Under the pieces are notes generated by a model. That model saw nothing but the letters and a program-made list of their open reading frames with translations. It searched no databases and had not been told where the DNA came from. The translations under genes were made by a program, and so were the position numbers. 64,000 bases of DNA from Shigella phage SHFML-26, in the sequence record KX130862; one strand, 5' to 3'. Shown piece after piece: positions 46,730-59,122 of this stretch (position 1 is its first letter; every line of letters begins with the position of its first letter).

Positions 46730-47224
46730 ATGGAAGGTTCTTCTATCGACGTCACCTTTACCGCTCAATTAGAAACAGGTGAAACGTTAGTATCTATAAA
46801 TATAACTAGTTACGAAGAAACTCCTGGGGTTTTAGTAGAAGAAAATCGCTTATATGGAACATATGAATCTGTGTTTGGATTTGGAAATGACGCGTTGAAA
46901 TATCGACTAGGCGATGAATTTAAAACTGCTGCTTCATGGGAAGAACTTCCTACTGATTCTGATACTCAGTTGTATTTGTGGAAAGCTCCTCAGAACCTCC
47001 AGAAGACATTCACTTACGAAGTAACATTAATATATGACTACCAAGAACAAAGTGAATCTGGAGGTTCTGGCAGTAATTCTAGGTCATCCTCTGATACTAC
47101 TGAACCGACGGATCCTCCTGCTCCAGTAAGAAAAACTCTAGTTAAAAATTATACTAAAACTATAGTTGGAAATTGGAGTCGTTGGGCTAATAAATTGAGA
47201 GAATATGCCTATGCAAGACCATAA
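46730..47224 (+). CDS. hypothetical protein (gene 5.1 position)
   Basis: Track ORF 46667..47224; the ATG at MEGSSIDVTF has an AGGAGAA SD and avoids overlap with gene 5. Confidence 0.6.
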   Translation: MEGSSIDVTFTAQLETGETLVSINITSYEETPGVLVEENRLYGTYESVFGFGNDALKYRLGDEFKTAASWEELPTDSDTQLYLWKAPQNLQKTFTYEVTLIYDYQEQSESGGSGSNSRSSSDTTEPTDPPAPVRKTLVKNYTKTIVGNWSRWANKLREYAYARP

Positions 47225-47801
47225 ATATTTTTATTTGTATTCAATAACTAATAAAACAACAGGAAAAATTTATGTAGGCGTCCACAAAACTTCAAATTTG
47301 GATGATGGGTATATGGGTTCTGGCGTTGCCATTAAAAATGCCATTAAAAAATATGGCATAGATAATTTTTATAAGCATATTATAAAATTCTTTGAATCTG
47401 AAAAAGCTATGTATGACGCAGAGGCAGAAATAGTCACAGAGGAATTTGTTAAATCTAAGAAAACTTATAATATGAAACTAGGCGGTATCGGTGGCTTCCC
47501 AAAACATAACACAGCGGGTGCTAAAAATGGATTTTACGGTAAATCTCATTCGCGTGAAACTAGATTGAAAATTAGCATTAAATCGTCTAGAAAAAGAGGG
47601 CCTAGAGGGCCTAGAGGTAAAACTCTGAAGATGTGTGGCGCCAATAACCCAAGGTATGGCAAAATAGCCCCTAATGCTAAATCTGTTATTATCAACGGCG
47701 TTTTATATAAAAGTATTAAAATCGCAGCTAAAGCTCTTAATATAAATTATAGTACCTTAAAGGGGCGAGTTAAAGCGGGGTATTATAAATGTCAGGATTG
47801 A
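47205..47801 (+). CDS. GIY-YIG homing endonuclease (SegC-like)
   Basis: 198 aa; GIY-YIG module (YFYLYSITN...IYVGVHKT...GYMGSG) and NUMOD-like C-terminus similar to the nrdG/nrdD-junction endonuclease. Confidence 0.8.
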   Translation: MPMQDHKYFYLYSITNKTTGKIYVGVHKTSNLDDGYMGSGVAIKNAIKKYGIDNFYKHIIKFFESEKAMYDAEAEIVTEEFVKSKKTYNMKLGGIGGFPKHNTAGAKNGFYGKSHSRETRLKISIKSSRKRGPRGPRGKTLKMCGANNPRYGKIAPNAKSVIINGVLYKSIKIAAKALNINYSTLKGRVKAGYYKCQD

Positions 47802-48082
47802 GTTATGATAAGTGTGTTACTGCTGGCCATGAAGCGTGGCCTCCAACAGTTGTGAATGCTACGCAAAGTAAAGTATTCACTGGAGGAATTGCTGTTCTAG
47901 TAGAAGGCGATCCAATTACAGAACATACAGAAATTAAAAAGCCATATGAAACACATGGCGGAGTGACACAACCCAGAACTTCTAAGGTATATGTCACTGG
48001 AAAGAAAGCTGTTCAAATGGCTGATCCAATATCATGTGGTGATACTGTGGCTCAGGCATCATCTAAAGTATTCATTAAATAG
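47789..48082 (+). CDS. 5.4: baseplate spike tip protein gp5.4 (PAAR-like)
   Basis: 97 aa; [43 protein letters not shown] matches T4 gp5.4. Confidence 0.9.
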   Translation: MSGLSYDKCVTAGHEAWPPTVVNATQSKVFTGGIAVLVEGDPITEHTEIKKPYETHGGVTQPRTSKVYVTGKKAVQMADPISCGDTVAQASSKVFIK

Positions 48083-48090
48083 GATTTAAA

Positions 48091-50073
48091 ATGGCAAATA
48101 CCCCTGTAAATTATCAATTAACAAGAACAGCAAATGCTATTCCCGAGATATTCGTCGGGGGTACGTTTGCTGAAATAAAACAAAACCTCATTGAATGGCT
48201 TAATGGCCAAAATGAATTTTTGGATTATGATTTTGAAGGCTCAAGATTAAACGTTCTGTGTGACCTTTTGGCTTATAATACGCTGTACATTCAGCAGTTT
48301 GGTAATGCTGCTGTATATGAAAGCTTTATGCGTACTGCTAACTTACGAAGCTCAGTTGTTCAAGCTGCACAAGATAACGGATATTTACCTACTTCAAAAT
48401 CCGCTGCGCAAACCGAAATTATGTTAACATGCACCGACGCATTGAATAGGAATTACATTACTATTCCTCGTGGTACTCGCTTTTTAGCATATGCAAAGGA
48501 TACTTCTGTTAATCCATATAACTTCGTTTCTACCGAAGACGTTATTGCTATTCGTGATAAAAATAACCAATATTTTCCACGTTTAAAATTGGCCCAGGGA
48601 CGTATAGTAAGAACTGAAATCATTTATGATAAATTAACACCTATTATCATTTATGACAAAAATATAGATAGAAACCAAGTTAAACTATATGTCGATGGAG
48701 CAGAATGGATTAACTGGACAAGAAAGTCAATGGTTCATGCTGGTTCTACATCAACAATTTACTACATGCGTGAAACTATTGATGGAAATACTGAGTTTTA
48801 TTTTGGTGAAGGCGAGATTTCTGTTAATGCGGCAGAAGGAGCATTGACTGCTAATTATATTGGAGGTCTTAAACCTACCCAGAACTCTACGATTGTTATT
48901 GAGTACATCAGTACTAATGGTGCTGACGCGAACGGAGCAGTCGGATTTTCATACGCAGATACATTAACAAATATAACTATCATCAATATTAATGAAAATC
49001 CAAACGGTGACCCAGATTTTGTTGGGGCAGATGGAGGCGGTGATCCAGAAGATATTGAGCGTATTCGCGAATTGGGTACTATTAAACGCGAAACCCAGCA
49101 ACGATGCGTAACTGCGACTGACTATGATACATTCGTTTCAGAGAGATTTGGTTCTATTATTCAAGCTGTTCAAACTTTCACTGATTCTACTAAACCCGGG
49201 TATGCATTTATTGCTGCTAAACCTAAATCAGGACTGTATTTAACTACTGTACAGCGTGAAGATATTAAAAATTATCTCAAAGACTATAATTTAGCTCCTA
49301 TTACGCCATCAATTATTTCTCCTAATTATCTTTTTATTAAGACTAATTTAAAAGTCACATATGCTTTAAATAAACTACAAGAATCCGAGCAGTGGCTTGA
49401 AGGTCAAATAATTGATAAAATTGATCGCTATTATACCGAAGATGTAGAAATTTTTAACTCGTCTTTCGCTAAATCTAAGATGTTAACTTATGTAGATGAT
49501 GCAGATCATTCTGTCATTGGTTCATCAGCGACTATTCAAATGGTTCGTGAAGTACAAAACTTCTATAAAACACCTGAAGCAGGTATTAAATACAATAATC
49601 AAATAAAAGATCGTTCTATGGAATCTAATACGTTTTCATTTAATTCTGGACGAAAGGTTGTAAATCCTGATACTGGTTTAGAAGAAGATGTATTATATGA
49701 TGTTCGTATAGTATCAACAGACCGAGATTCTAAAGGAATTGGTAAAGTTATTATTGGTCCATTTGCTTCTGGCGATGTTACAGAAAATGAAAACATTCAG
49801 CCATATACAGGCAATGATTTTAATAAATTAGCAAATTCTGATGGACGCGACAAATACTATGTTATCGGTGAAATAAATTATCCGGCTGACATGATTTATT
49901 GGAATATCGCTAAAATTAATTTAACATCTGAAAAATTTGAGGTTCAGACTATTGAATTATATTCTGACCCAACCGATGATGTTATCTTTACCCGTGATGG
50001 TTCACTGATTGTATTTGAAAATGATTTACGTCCGCAATACTTAACTATCGATTTGGAGCCTATATCACAATGA
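48091..50073 (+). CDS. 6: baseplate wedge protein gp6
   Basis: 660 aa, equal to T4 gp6; position after 5.4. Confidence 0.95.
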   Translation: MANTPVNYQLTRTANAIPEIFVGGTFAEIKQNLIEWLNGQNEFLDYDFEGSRLNVLCDLLAYNTLYIQQFGNAAVYESFMRTANLRSSVVQAAQDNGYLPTSKSAAQTEIMLTCTDALNRNYITIPRGTRFLAYAKDTSVNPYNFVSTEDVIAIRDKNNQYFPRLKLAQGRIVRTEIIYDKLTPIIIYDKNIDRNQVKLYVDGAEWINWTRKSMVHAGSTSTIYYMRETIDGNTEFYFGEGEISVNAAEGALTANYIGGLKPTQNSTIVIEYISTNGADANGAVGFSYADTLTNITIININENPNGDPDFVGADGGGDPEDIERIRELGTIKRETQQRCVTATDYDTFVSERFGSIIQAVQTFTDSTKPGYAFIAAKPKSGLYLTTVQREDIKNYLKDYNLAPITPSIISPNYLFIKTNLKVTYALNKLQESEQWLEGQIIDKIDRYYTEDVEIFNSSFAKSKMLTYVDDADHSVIGSSATIQMVREVQNFYKTPEAGIKYNNQIKDRSMESNTFSFNSGRKVVNPDTGLEEDVLYDVRIVSTDRDSKGIGKVIIGPFASGDVTENENIQPYTGNDFNKLANSDGRDKYYVIGEINYPADMIYWNIAKINLTSEKFEVQTIELYSDPTDDVIFTRDGSLIVFENDLRPQYLTIDLEPISQ

Positions 50074-53000
50074 CAGTAAAAGCACCTTCAGTCACTAGTC
50101 TCAGAATTTCCAAGTTATCCGCAAATCAGGTGCAAGTACGCTGGGATGACGTTGGTGCTAATTTCTACTATTTTGTAGAAATCGCTGAGACAAAAACAGA
50201 CTCGGGGGAAAATCTCCCGAGTGATCAATATCGTTGGATTAATTTAGGATATACAGCAAACAATAGTTTCTTTTTTGATGATGCTGATCCACTAACATCA
50301 TACATCATTAGAGTAGCTACAGCTGCACAAGATTTTGAGCAATCTGATTGGGTTTATACGGAAGAGTTTGAAACTTTTGCTACGAATGCTTACACATTTC
50401 AAAACATGATTGAAATGCAATTAGCCAATAAATTCATTCAGGAAAAGTTTACTCTTAACAATTCTAATTATGTCAATTTTAATAATGACACTATAATGGC
50501 TGCATTGATGAATGAATCGTTCCAATTCAGCCCATCATATGTTGATGTTTCATCAATCAGTAATTTTATTATTGGTGAAAATGAGTATCATGAAATACAA
50601 GGTTCCATTCAGCAAGTATGTAAGGATATTAACCGAGTTTATTTGATGGAATCAGAAGGGATTCTATATCTTTTTGAGCGTTATCAACCCGTGGTTAAAG
50701 TATCTAATGATAAAGGACAAACCTGGAAAGCTGTAAAGCTCTTCAATGACCGTGTAGGATATCCTTTATCTAAGACAGTATATTACCAATCTGCAAACAC
50801 AACATACGTTCTAGGATACGACAAGATTTTCTACGGCCGTAAATCTACTGATGTTAGATGGTCAGCTGATGATGTCAGATTTAGTTCGCAGGATATAACA
50901 TTTGCTAAACTTGGTGACCAATTGCATCTAGGATTTGATGTAGAAATTTTTGCCACTTATGCGACTTTACCAGCGAATGTATACCGCATTGCAGAAGCTA
51001 TTACTTGCACCGATGATTACATTTACGTTGTCGCCAGAGATAAAGTTAGATACATAAAAACGAGTAATGCACCTATAGATTCTGATCCATTATCTCCAAC
51101 ATATTCGGAAAGACTTTTTGAACCTGATACAATGACTATAACTGGAAATCCTAAAGCAGTATGCTATAAAATGGATTCTATCGGTGATAAAGTTTTTGCT
51201 CTTATTATTGGTGAAGTTGAAACATTAAATGCCAATCCGAGAACTTCAAAAATAATTGATTCTGCTGATAAAGGAATATATGTTTTAAATCATGACGAAA
51301 AAACATGGAAAAGAGTTTTCGGTAATACCGAAGAAGAAAGAAGACGTATTCAACCCGGATATGCGAATATGTCAACTGACGGTAAATTAGTTTCTCTATC
51401 TTCGAGTAATTTTAAATTTTTAAGTGATAACATTGTTAATGACCCTGAAACTGCAGCAAAATATCAGTTAATCGGTGCTGTTAAATATGAATTTCCTCGT
51501 GAATGGTTAGCTGATAAGCATTATCATATGATGGCATTTATAGCGGATGAAAAATCTGATTGGGAGACTTTTACTCCTCAACCAATGAAATACTACGCAG
51601 AACCGTTCTTTAACTGGTCTAAAAAATCTAACACACGCTGTTGGATAAACAATTCTGATAGAGCTGTAGTAGTTTATGCTGATTTAAAATACACTAAAGT
51701 TATAGAAAATATTCCGGAAACATCACCAGATAGATTAGTTCATGAATACTGGGATGATGGTGATTGCACTATAGTAATGCCAAATGTTAAATTCACTGGA
51801 TTTAAAAAATATGCATCAGGAATGCTTTTCTATAAAGCCTCCGGTGAAATAATTTCTTACTATGATTTTAACTATCGTGTGAGAGATACAGTAGAAATTA
51901 TTTGGAAGCCGACTGGAGTATTTTTAAAAGCATTTTTACAAAACCAAGAGCATGAGACTCCTTGGTCACCAGAAGAAGAGCATGGATTAGCTGATCCTGA
52001 TTTAAGACCATTAATTGGCACAATGATGCCTGATTCTTATTTGTTGCAGGATTCGAATTTTGAGGCATTTTGCGAAGCATATATTCAGTATCTTTCTGAT
52101 GGATATGGAACTCAGTATAACAATTTACGAAATTTAATTCGTAATCAGTATCCACGAGAAGAGCATGCATGGGAATATTTGTGGTCAGAGATATATAAAA
52201 GAAACATTTATTTGAACGCGGATAAGCGAGATGCTGTTGCAAGATTTTTTGAATCACGTAGCTATGATTTTTATTCTACTAAAGGAATTGAAGCATCATA
52301 CAAGTTTCTTTTTAAAGTTCTTTATAATGAAGAAGTTGAAATTGAAATTGAATCTGGGGCTGGTACTGAATATGACATAATCGTTCAATCTGATTCTTTG
52401 ACTGAAGATTTAGTAGGACAAACGATTTATACAGCCACAGGAAGATGTAATGTTACTTATATAGAAAGAAGTTATTCTAATGGTAAATTGCAATGGACCG
52501 TAACTATTCATAATCTTTTGGGAAGATTAATTGCTGGTCAAGAAGTTAAAGCAGAAAGACTCCCTAGTTTTGAAGGCGAAATTATTCGTGGAGTTAAAGG
52601 AAAGGATTTGCTTCAAAACAATATAGACTATATTAATAGAAGTAGATCATACTATGTAATGAAAATTAAATCCAATTTACCTTCTTCCCGCTGGAAATCT
52701 GACGTTATTCGTTTTGTTCATCCAGTAGGATTTGGATTTATAGCAATTACCCTTTTAACGATGTTTATTAATGTTGGTTTAACTCTTAAACATACAGAGA
52801 CTATAATTAATAAATACAAAAACTATAAATGGGATTCTGGATTGCCTACTGAATATGCTGATAGAGTAGCTAAATTAACTCCAACCGGTGAAATTGAGCA
52901 TGATTCAGTAACAGGCGAAGCAATTTATGAGCCTGGCCCAATGGCTGGTGTAGAATATCCTCTTCCTGATGACTATAATGCTGAAAATAATAATTCAATA

Positions 53001-53168
53001 TTTCAAGGTCAATTGCCGTCTGAACGACGTAAATTAATGAGTCCCCTATTTGATGCTTCTGGAACAACATTTGCGCAATTTAGGGATTTAGTTAATAAAC
53101 GTCTAAAAGATAATATAGGAAATCCAAGAGACCCTGAAAATCCAACACAGGTTAAAATAGATGAATGA
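50070..53168 (+). CDS. 7: baseplate wedge protein gp7
   Basis: 1032 aa, equal to T4 gp7; overlapping start/stop with neighbours. Confidence 0.95.
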   Translation: MTVKAPSVTSLRISKLSANQVQVRWDDVGANFYYFVEIAETKTDSGENLPSDQYRWINLGYTANNSFFFDDADPLTSYIIRVATAAQDFEQSDWVYTEEFETFATNAYTFQNMIEMQLANKFIQEKFTLNNSNYVNFNNDTIMAALMNESFQFSPSYVDVSSISNFIIGENEYHEIQGSIQQVCKDINRVYLMESEGILYLFERYQPVVKVSNDKGQTWKAVKLFNDRVGYPLSKTVYYQSANTTYVLGYDKIFYGRKSTDVRWSADDVRFSSQDITFAKLGDQLHLGFDVEIFATYATLPANVYRIAEAITCTDDYIYVVARDKVRYIKTSNAPIDSDPLSPTYSERLFEPDTMTITGNPKAVCYKMDSIGDKVFALIIGEVETLNANPRTSKIIDSADKGIYVLNHDEKTWKRVFGNTEEERRRIQPGYANMSTDGKLVSLSSSNFKFLSDNIVNDPETAAKYQLIGAVKYEFPREWLADKHYHMMAFIADEKSDWETFTPQPMKYYAEPFFNWSKKSNTRCWINNSDRAVVVYADLKYTKVIENIPETSPDRLVHEYWDDGDCTIVMPNVKFTGFKKYASGMLFYKASGEIISYYDFNYRVRDTVEIIWKPTGVFLKAFLQNQEHETPWSPEEEHGLADPDLRPLIGTMMPDSYLLQDSNFEAFCEAYIQYLSDGYGTQYNNLRNLIRNQYPREEHAWEYLWSEIYKRNIYLNADKRDAVARFFESRSYDFYSTKGIEASYKFLFKVLYNEEVEIEIESGAGTEYDIIVQSDSLTEDLVGQTIYTATGRCNVTYIERSYSNGKLQWTVTIHNLLGRLIAGQEVKAERLPSFEGEIIRGVKGKDLLQNNIDYINRSRSYYVMKIKSNLPSSRWKSDVIRFVHPVGFGFIAITLLTMFINVGLTLKHTETIINKYKNYKWDSGLPTEYADRVAKLTPTGEIEHDSVTGEAIYEPGPMAGVEYPLPDDYNAENNNSIFQGQLPSERRKLMSPLFDASGTTFAQFRDLVNKRLKDNIGNPRDPENPTQVKIDE

Positions 53169-54165
53169 TTCAAGTGTTATCTATCGTGCGATAGTTACTT
53201 CAAAATTTAGAACAGAAAAAATGTTGAATTTTTATAATTCAATTGGAAGTGGTCCGGATAAAAACACTATCTTTATCACATTTGGAAGATCAGAACCGTG
53301 GTCATCAAATGAAAATGAGGTGGGCTTTGCCCCACCTTATCCAACCGATTCTGTATTAGGCGTAACTGACATGTGGACGCATATGATGGGAACAGTAAAG
53401 GTTCTTCCATCAATGCTTGACGCAGTTATTCCTCGTCGAGATTGGGGAGATACTAGATATCCGGATCCATACACATTTAGAATTAACGATATTGTAGTGT
53501 GTAACTCAGCTCCTTACAACGCTACTGAATCAGGCGCAGGCTGGTTAGTATATCGTTGTTTAGATGTTCCTGATACTGGAATGTGTTCAATCGCATCTTT
53601 AACTGATAAGGATGAATGCCTTAAATTAGGCGGAAAATGGACACCTTCTGTTAGGTCAATGACTCCTCCTGAAGGTCGAGGAGATGCTGAAGGAACAATT
53701 GAACCTGGGGACGGGTATGTATGGGAATATCTTTTTGAGATTCCACCCGATGTATCTATAAATAGATGCACGAATGAATATATTGTGGTTCCTTGGCCTG
53801 AGGAATTAAAAGAAGACCCGACTAGATGGGGATATGAAGATAATCTCACTTGGCAGCAAGATGATTTTGGATTAATTTACCGGGTTAAGGCAAATACTAT
53901 CCGTTTTAAAGCATATTTAGATTCAGTTTATTTTCCTGATGCTGCATTGCCAGGAAATAAAGGATTTAGACAAATATCAATAATCACGAATCCTCTTGAA
54001 GCTAAAGCTCATCCAAATGACCCAAACGTTAAAGCTGAAAAGGATTATTATGACCCAGAAGATTTAATGAGGCATTCGGGCGAAATGATTTATATGGAAA
54101 ATAGGCCACCTATTATTATGGCAATGGATCAAACAGAAGAAATCAATATTCTGTTTACATTTTAA
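53161..54165 (+). CDS. 8: baseplate wedge protein gp8
   Basis: 334 aa, equal to T4 gp8; followed by a strong intrinsic terminator. Confidence 0.95.
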   Translation: MNDSSVIYRAIVTSKFRTEKMLNFYNSIGSGPDKNTIFITFGRSEPWSSNENEVGFAPPYPTDSVLGVTDMWTHMMGTVKVLPSMLDAVIPRRDWGDTRYPDPYTFRINDIVVCNSAPYNATESGAGWLVYRCLDVPDTGMCSIASLTDKDECLKLGGKWTPSVRSMTPPEGRGDAEGTIEPGDGYVWEYLFEIPPDVSINRCTNEYIVVPWPEELKEDPTRWGYEDNLTWQQDDFGLIYRVKANTIRFKAYLDSVYFPDAALPGNKGFRQISIITNPLEAKAHPNDPNVKAEKDYYDPEDLMRHSGEMIYMENRPPIIMAMDQTEEINILFTF

Positions 54166-54169
54166 ATTA

Positions 54170-54196
54170 AGGGAGCCCATGGGCTCCCTTTTTTCT
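54170..54196 (+). terminator. intrinsic terminator after gene 8
   Basis: Perfect hairpin GGGAGCCCATGGGCTCCC followed by TTTTTTC. Confidence 0.7.
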
Positions 54197-54197
54197 T

Positions 54198-54205
54198 TAT
54201 AAATA
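54198..54205 (+). promoter_or_regulatory. late promoter TATAAATA for gene 9
   Basis: Exact TATAAATA about 25 nt upstream of the gene 9 ATG. Confidence 0.6.
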
Positions 54206-54229
54206 TTATAAACTCATAAGGAAACCGCT

Positions 54230-55096
54230 ATGTTCATTCAAGAACCAAAGAAATTGATTGATACCGGCGAAATTGGTAACGCTTCTACTGGTGATATCTT
54301 ATTCGACGGTGGTAATAAAATTAATAGTGATTTTAACGCAATTTATAATGCGTTTGGCGATCAGCGTAAAATGGCAGTAGCAAATGGCACTGGAGCAGAT
54401 GGTCAAATTATCCATGCTACTGGGTATTATCAAAAACACTCTATTACAGAGTACGCAACTCCAGTGAAAGTTGGCACTAGACATGATATTGATACCTCTA
54501 CTGTAGGTGTTAAAGTTATTATTGAAAGAGGCGAACTCGGCGATTGTGTTGAATTCATTAACTCTAATGGATCAATATCAGTTACTAATCCTTTAACAAT
54601 TCAAGCTATTGATTCAATTAAAGGTGTTTCAGGTAATTTAGTAGTAACTAGCCCATATAGTAAAGTTACTTTACGATGTATTTCATCTGATAATTCTACA
54701 TCTGTTTGGAATTATTCTATTGAAAGTATGTTTGGACAAAAGGAATCACCAGCTGAAGGTACATGGAATATTTCTACATCTGGATCAGTTGACATTCCAC
54801 TATTTCACCGTACTGAATATAACATGGCTAAATTGTTAGTTACGTGCCAATCGATAGATGGAAGAAAAATTAAAACAGCAGAAATAAATATTCTTGTGGA
54901 TAATGTTAATTCAGAGGTCATTTCTTCTGAATATGCTGTCATGCGAGTTGGGAATGAAACCGAAGAAGACGAAATCGCTAATATTGCATTTAGTATTAAA
55001 ACCAACTATGTAACGGCGACTATAAGTTCTTCTACCGTTGGCATGAGAGCAGCAGTTAAAGTTATCGCTACGCAGAAAATCGGGGTGGCTCAATAA
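54230..55096 (+). CDS. 9: baseplate wedge, long-tail-fibre attachment protein gp9
   Basis: 288 aa; MFIQEPKKLIDTGEIGNASTGDILFDGGNK matches T4 gp9; TATAAATA late promoter upstream. Confidence 0.95.
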   Translation: MFIQEPKKLIDTGEIGNASTGDILFDGGNKINSDFNAIYNAFGDQRKMAVANGTGADGQIIHATGYYQKHSITEYATPVKVGTRHDIDTSTVGVKVIIERGELGDCVEFINSNGSISVTNPLTIQAIDSIKGVSGNLVVTSPYSKVTLRCISSDNSTSVWNYSIESMFGQKESPAEGTWNISTSGSVDIPLFHRTEYNMAKLLVTCQSIDGRKIKTAEINILVDNVNSEVISSEYAVMRVGNETEEDEIANIAFSIKTNYVTATISSSTVGMRAAVKVIATQKIGVAQ

Positions 55097-56901
55097 TGAA
55101 ACAAAATATTAATATCGGTAATGTTGTTGATGATGGTACCGGTGACTACCTGCGTAAAGGTGGTATAAAAATAAATGAAAACTTTGATGAACTTTATTAT
55201 GAACTTGGCGATGGAGATGTTCCATATTCAGCCGGTGCCTGGAAAACTTATAATGCTTCATCTGGTCAAACATTAAAAGCTAAGTGGGGAAAATCATACG
55301 CTATTAATACCTCTTCTGGAAGAGTAACTTTACAACTTCCTAAAGGAACTGTTAATGATTATAATAAAGTAATTAGAGCTAGGGATGTATTTGCAACATG
55401 GAACATTAATCCAGTTACTTTAGTAGCTGCTTCTGGAGATACAATTAAAGGGTCGTCATCATCGGTTGAAATTAATACTCAATTTAGTGATTTAGAGCTC
55501 GTTTATTGCGCTCCAGGACGTTGGGAGTATGTCAAAAACAAACAAATTGACAAAATTATTAGTTCAGATATTAGTAATGTAGCACGTAAAGAATTTTTAG
55601 TCGAAGTTCAAGGACAAACGGACTTTTTAGATGTTTTCCGCGGAACTAGCTATAATGTTAATAACATCCGAGTAAAACACCGTGGTAATGAATTATATTA
55701 CGGCGATGTATTTAGTGAAAACAGTGACTTTGGCTCTCCTGGGGAAAATGAAGGAGAATTGATTCCTCTTGATGGATTTAATATTAGGTTAAGACAGCCT
55801 TGTAATATTGGTGACACTGTTCAAATTGAAACATTTATGGATGGTATATCACAATGGAGAAGTTCATATACAAGACGCCAAATAAAAGTATTAGATTCAA
55901 AATTAACGTCAAAAACTTCTTTAGAAGGAAGTATTTACGTTACTGATTTATCAACAATGAAATCAATTCCATTCTCTGCATTTGGATTAATTCCTGGAGA
56001 ACCTATTAATCCTAATTCTCTTGAAGTTCGTTTTAATGGAATTTTACAACAACAAGCTGGAACAGCAGGATATCCTCTGTTTTTGTGTGAAGGTGCTAAC
56101 TCAGATACGCAAGCAGGATGTATATCTCTTGGTGGTGAATGGAAAGAATCGAACACAGATTATTCTATAGAATATGAAGATGGAAAACCTGTCAGTCTTT
56201 TATTTGATAGAAAATTTGAATCAGGTGATATAATCGTTATAACATGGTTTAATAATGATTTAGGAACTCTTTTAGAAAAAGATGACATTATTGAATTAAC
56301 TGATGACCGTTATGTTAGTAAAGGATCATCTACTGAAGTTACTGGGGATGTAGCCTTAACAGATTTTGATAAAATCGGTTGGCCAAATGTTGAAAAAGTT
56401 GATTCTTATACTAGAACGTATAATTCAATATCATCTATTTTCGACAGCATTTATCCTGTTGGTTCAATTTATGAAAATGCTATAAACCCAAATAATCCGG
56501 TGACTTATATGGGATTTGGTTCATGGAAATTATTTGGTAAAGGACAAGTTTTAGTAGGATGGAATGATGATGTTACGGATCCAAACTTTGCTTTAAACAA
56601 TAATGATTTAGATTCTAGCGGAAATCCTTCACATACTGCCGGTGGAACAGTTGGTACAACATCAGTAACGCTTGAAAACGCAAATCTTCCTGCGACTAAA
56701 ACTGATGAAAGAGTTTTAATTGAAGACGAAAATGGATCAGTTATTATTGGAGGTTGCCAATATGACCCAGACGAAACTGGTCCTATATATACAAAATATC
56801 GTGAAGACTACGCAACAACAAACTCTTCACATACTCCTCCTGCTAATATTAGTAATATTCAACCGTCTATTACTGTATACCGTTGGATAAGGATTGCATA
56901 A
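55096..56901 (+). CDS. 10: baseplate wedge protein gp10
   Basis: 601 aa, close to T4 gp10 (602 aa). Confidence 0.95.
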   Translation: MKQNINIGNVVDDGTGDYLRKGGIKINENFDELYYELGDGDVPYSAGAWKTYNASSGQTLKAKWGKSYAINTSSGRVTLQLPKGTVNDYNKVIRARDVFATWNINPVTLVAASGDTIKGSSSSVEINTQFSDLELVYCAPGRWEYVKNKQIDKIISSDISNVARKEFLVEVQGQTDFLDVFRGTSYNVNNIRVKHRGNELYYGDVFSENSDFGSPGENEGELIPLDGFNIRLRQPCNIGDTVQIETFMDGISQWRSSYTRRQIKVLDSKLTSKTSLEGSIYVTDLSTMKSIPFSAFGLIPGEPINPNSLEVRFNGILQQQAGTAGYPLFLCEGANSDTQAGCISLGGEWKESNTDYSIEYEDGKPVSLLFDRKFESGDIIVITWFNNDLGTLLEKDDIIELTDDRYVSKGSSTEVTGDVALTDFDKIGWPNVEKVDSYTRTYNSISSIFDSIYPVGSIYENAINPNNPVTYMGFGSWKLFGKGQVLVGWNDDVTDPNFALNNNDLDSSGNPSHTAGGTVGTTSVTLENANLPATKTDERVLIEDENGSVIIGGCQYDPDETGPIYTKYREDYATTNSSHTPPANISNIQPSITVYRWIRIA

Positions 56902-57560
56902 TGAGTTTACTTAATAATAAAGCGGGAGTTATTTCCCGCTTAGCAGATTTTCTTGGTTTTAGAACTAAGAAAAATGATATTTCGGTTATGAATAATCAAC
57001 CGGTAGGCGCTGTAACAATTTCACAAATAGCAAAAGGTTTTTATGACTCAAATGTAGAATCTGCTATCAATGATGTTAGAAATATGGCAGAGCAACAGGT
57101 TGGAGCTGTATTAATTAATATAAGCGGCGTATCTCCTACTGGCGTGCAACAAACCGACTATTGGTCATTTGAAGGAACTGTTACTGATACTTCAGCCAAA
57201 CCAGGTGACCCAGTTATTGTTAACATGTTTGGTATTCCAGTTAAAGCTACTAATGGAATGACTTCAATTGAATTTACTAGTGCTGTTAGAACAGCTCTAC
57301 AGGAAATGGTTGTAAAATTTATTGCAATTGATTCATTTGAAGACCATCCTACTATAGGGAATAAAATACAAGTTAAGTATTTAGATAACCAAGAACATAT
57401 CTTAGAGCAATACTCTGATAAAGGAATTACTTTCAAACAAGAAATAATTTCTCCTTCTAAACCCGGGTATGGAACTTGGCAATTATTAGGTGCGCAAACT
57501 GTTACGCTAGATAGTCACACACAACCTACAGTATTTTATTATTTTGAGAGAATAGCATGA
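56901..57560 (+). CDS. 11: baseplate wedge, short-tail-fibre attachment protein gp11
   Basis: Track ORF 56883..57560; ATG at [20 protein letters not shown] gives 219 aa as in T4 gp11 (TAATG overlap with gene 10). Confidence 0.93.
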   Translation: MSLLNNKAGVISRLADFLGFRTKKNDISVMNNQPVGAVTISQIAKGFYDSNVESAINDVRNMAEQQVGAVLINISGVSPTGVQQTDYWSFEGTVTDTSAKPGDPVIVNMFGIPVKATNGMTSIEFTSAVRTALQEMVVKFIAIDSFEDHPTIGNKIQVKYLDNQEHILEQYSDKGITFKQEIISPSKPGYGTWQLLGAQTVTLDSHTQPTVFYYFERIA

Positions 57561-59113
57561 GTAACAATACATATCAGCACGTATCAAATGAATCAAAATA
57601 TGTTAAATTCGATCCTACTGGATCGAATTTTCCTGGCACTGTTACGACAGTACAGTCTGCATTATCAAAAATAAGTAATATCGGCGTAAATGGTATTCCT
57701 GATGCAACTATGGAAGTTAAAGGAATAGCAATGATTGCATCAGAGCAAGAGGTTTTAGATGGAACAAATAATTCTAAAATCGTTACACCAGCTACATTAG
57801 CAACAAGATTATTGTATCCAAACGCTACTGAAACTAAATATGGTTTAACGCGCTATTCAACAAATGAAGAAACATTAGAAGGCTCAGATAATAATTCATC
57901 AATAACGCCTCAAAAACTGAAATACCATACTGATGATGTGTTCCGAAATAGATATTCATCTGAGTCATCAAACGGGGTTATTAAAATATCATCTACGCCT
58001 GCAGCTTTGGCTGGTGTCGATGATACTACGGCGATGACTCCGTTGAAAACCCAAAAACTTGCAATAAAATTAATTTCACAAATAGCTCCTTCAGAAGACA
58101 CTGCAACAGAATCTGTGAGAGGAGTAGTTCAATTATCTACTGTTGCACAAACTCGTCAAGGAACTCTCCGTGAAGGATATGCAATTTCCCCGTATACCTT
58201 TATGAATTCTGTTGCAACACAAGAATATAAGGGTGTTATACGTCTAGGAACACAAGCAGAAATTAATAATAATTTGGGGGATGTTGCAGTAACAGGTGAA
58301 ACACTAAATGGTCGAGGAGCTACTGGTTCTATGCGTGGAGTAGTAAAATTAACGACGCAAGCTGGTATTGCTCCTGAAGGTGATAGCTCTGGGGCATTAG
58401 CCTGGAACGCAGATGTAATTAATACTCGTGGTGGACAAACTATTAATGGTTCTTTAAATTTAGACCATCTTACAGCAAATGGAATTTGGTCGCGCGGCGG
58501 AATGTGGAAAAATGGCGATCAACCTGTTGCCACTGAAAGATATGCGTCCGAACGGGTTCCGGTTGGAACTATTATGATGTTTGCGGGTGATTCAGCACCT
58601 CCAGGTTGGATTATGTGTCATGGTGGAACTGTGTCAGGAGACCAATATCCTGATTATAGAAACACGGTTGGAACAAGATTTGGCGGGGATTGGAATAATC
58701 CAGGGATTCCTGATATGCGAGGTCTTTTCGTCAGAGGAGCGGGCACCGGCGGTCATATTTTAAATCAACGAGGACAAGATGGTTATGGGAAGGATAGACT
58801 TGGTGTAGGATGTGATGGAATGCATGTTGGCGGTGTTCAAGCACAGCAAATATCATACCATAAACATGCTGGTGCCTGGGGGGAAAATGGAAATAACAGA
58901 GGTTATGCACCGTTTGGCGCATCTAATGGCAATGGATATTTGGGCAATGGTAGAAGCGCCGACTGGGACAACCATTTGTTCTTTACTAATGACGGATTTG
59001 AAATGGGTGGTCCTCGTGACTCGTTCGGCACGTTAAATCGCGAAGGATTAATTGGTTATGAAACTAGACCATGGAATATATCATTAAACTATATTATTAA
59101 AATTCATTACTAA
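57557..59113 (+). CDS. 12: short tail fibre protein gp12
   Basis: 518 aa; repeats and receptor-binding C-terminus typical of T4 gp12. Confidence 0.93.
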   Translation: MSNNTYQHVSNESKYVKFDPTGSNFPGTVTTVQSALSKISNIGVNGIPDATMEVKGIAMIASEQEVLDGTNNSKIVTPATLATRLLYPNATETKYGLTRYSTNEETLEGSDNNSSITPQKLKYHTDDVFRNRYSSESSNGVIKISSTPAALAGVDDTTAMTPLKTQKLAIKLISQIAPSEDTATESVRGVVQLSTVAQTRQGTLREGYAISPYTFMNSVATQEYKGVIRLGTQAEINNNLGDVAVTGETLNGRGATGSMRGVVKLTTQAGIAPEGDSSGALAWNADVINTRGGQTINGSLNLDHLTANGIWSRGGMWKNGDQPVATERYASERVPVGTIMMFAGDSAPPGWIMCHGGTVSGDQYPDYRNTVGTRFGGDWNNPGIPDMRGLFVRGAGTGGHILNQRGQDGYGKDRLGVGCDGMHVGGVQAQQISYHKHAGAWGENGNNRGYAPFGASNGNGYLGNGRSADWDNHLFFTNDGFEMGGPRDSFGTLNREGLIGYETRPWNISLNYIIKIHY

Positions 59114-59122
59114 GGATTACAA

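Noticed and set aside
51898-58922. Minus-strand ORFs within genes 7, 8, 9, 10, 11 and 12
   Set aside because: All lie antisense inside well-supported structural genes; no independent support.
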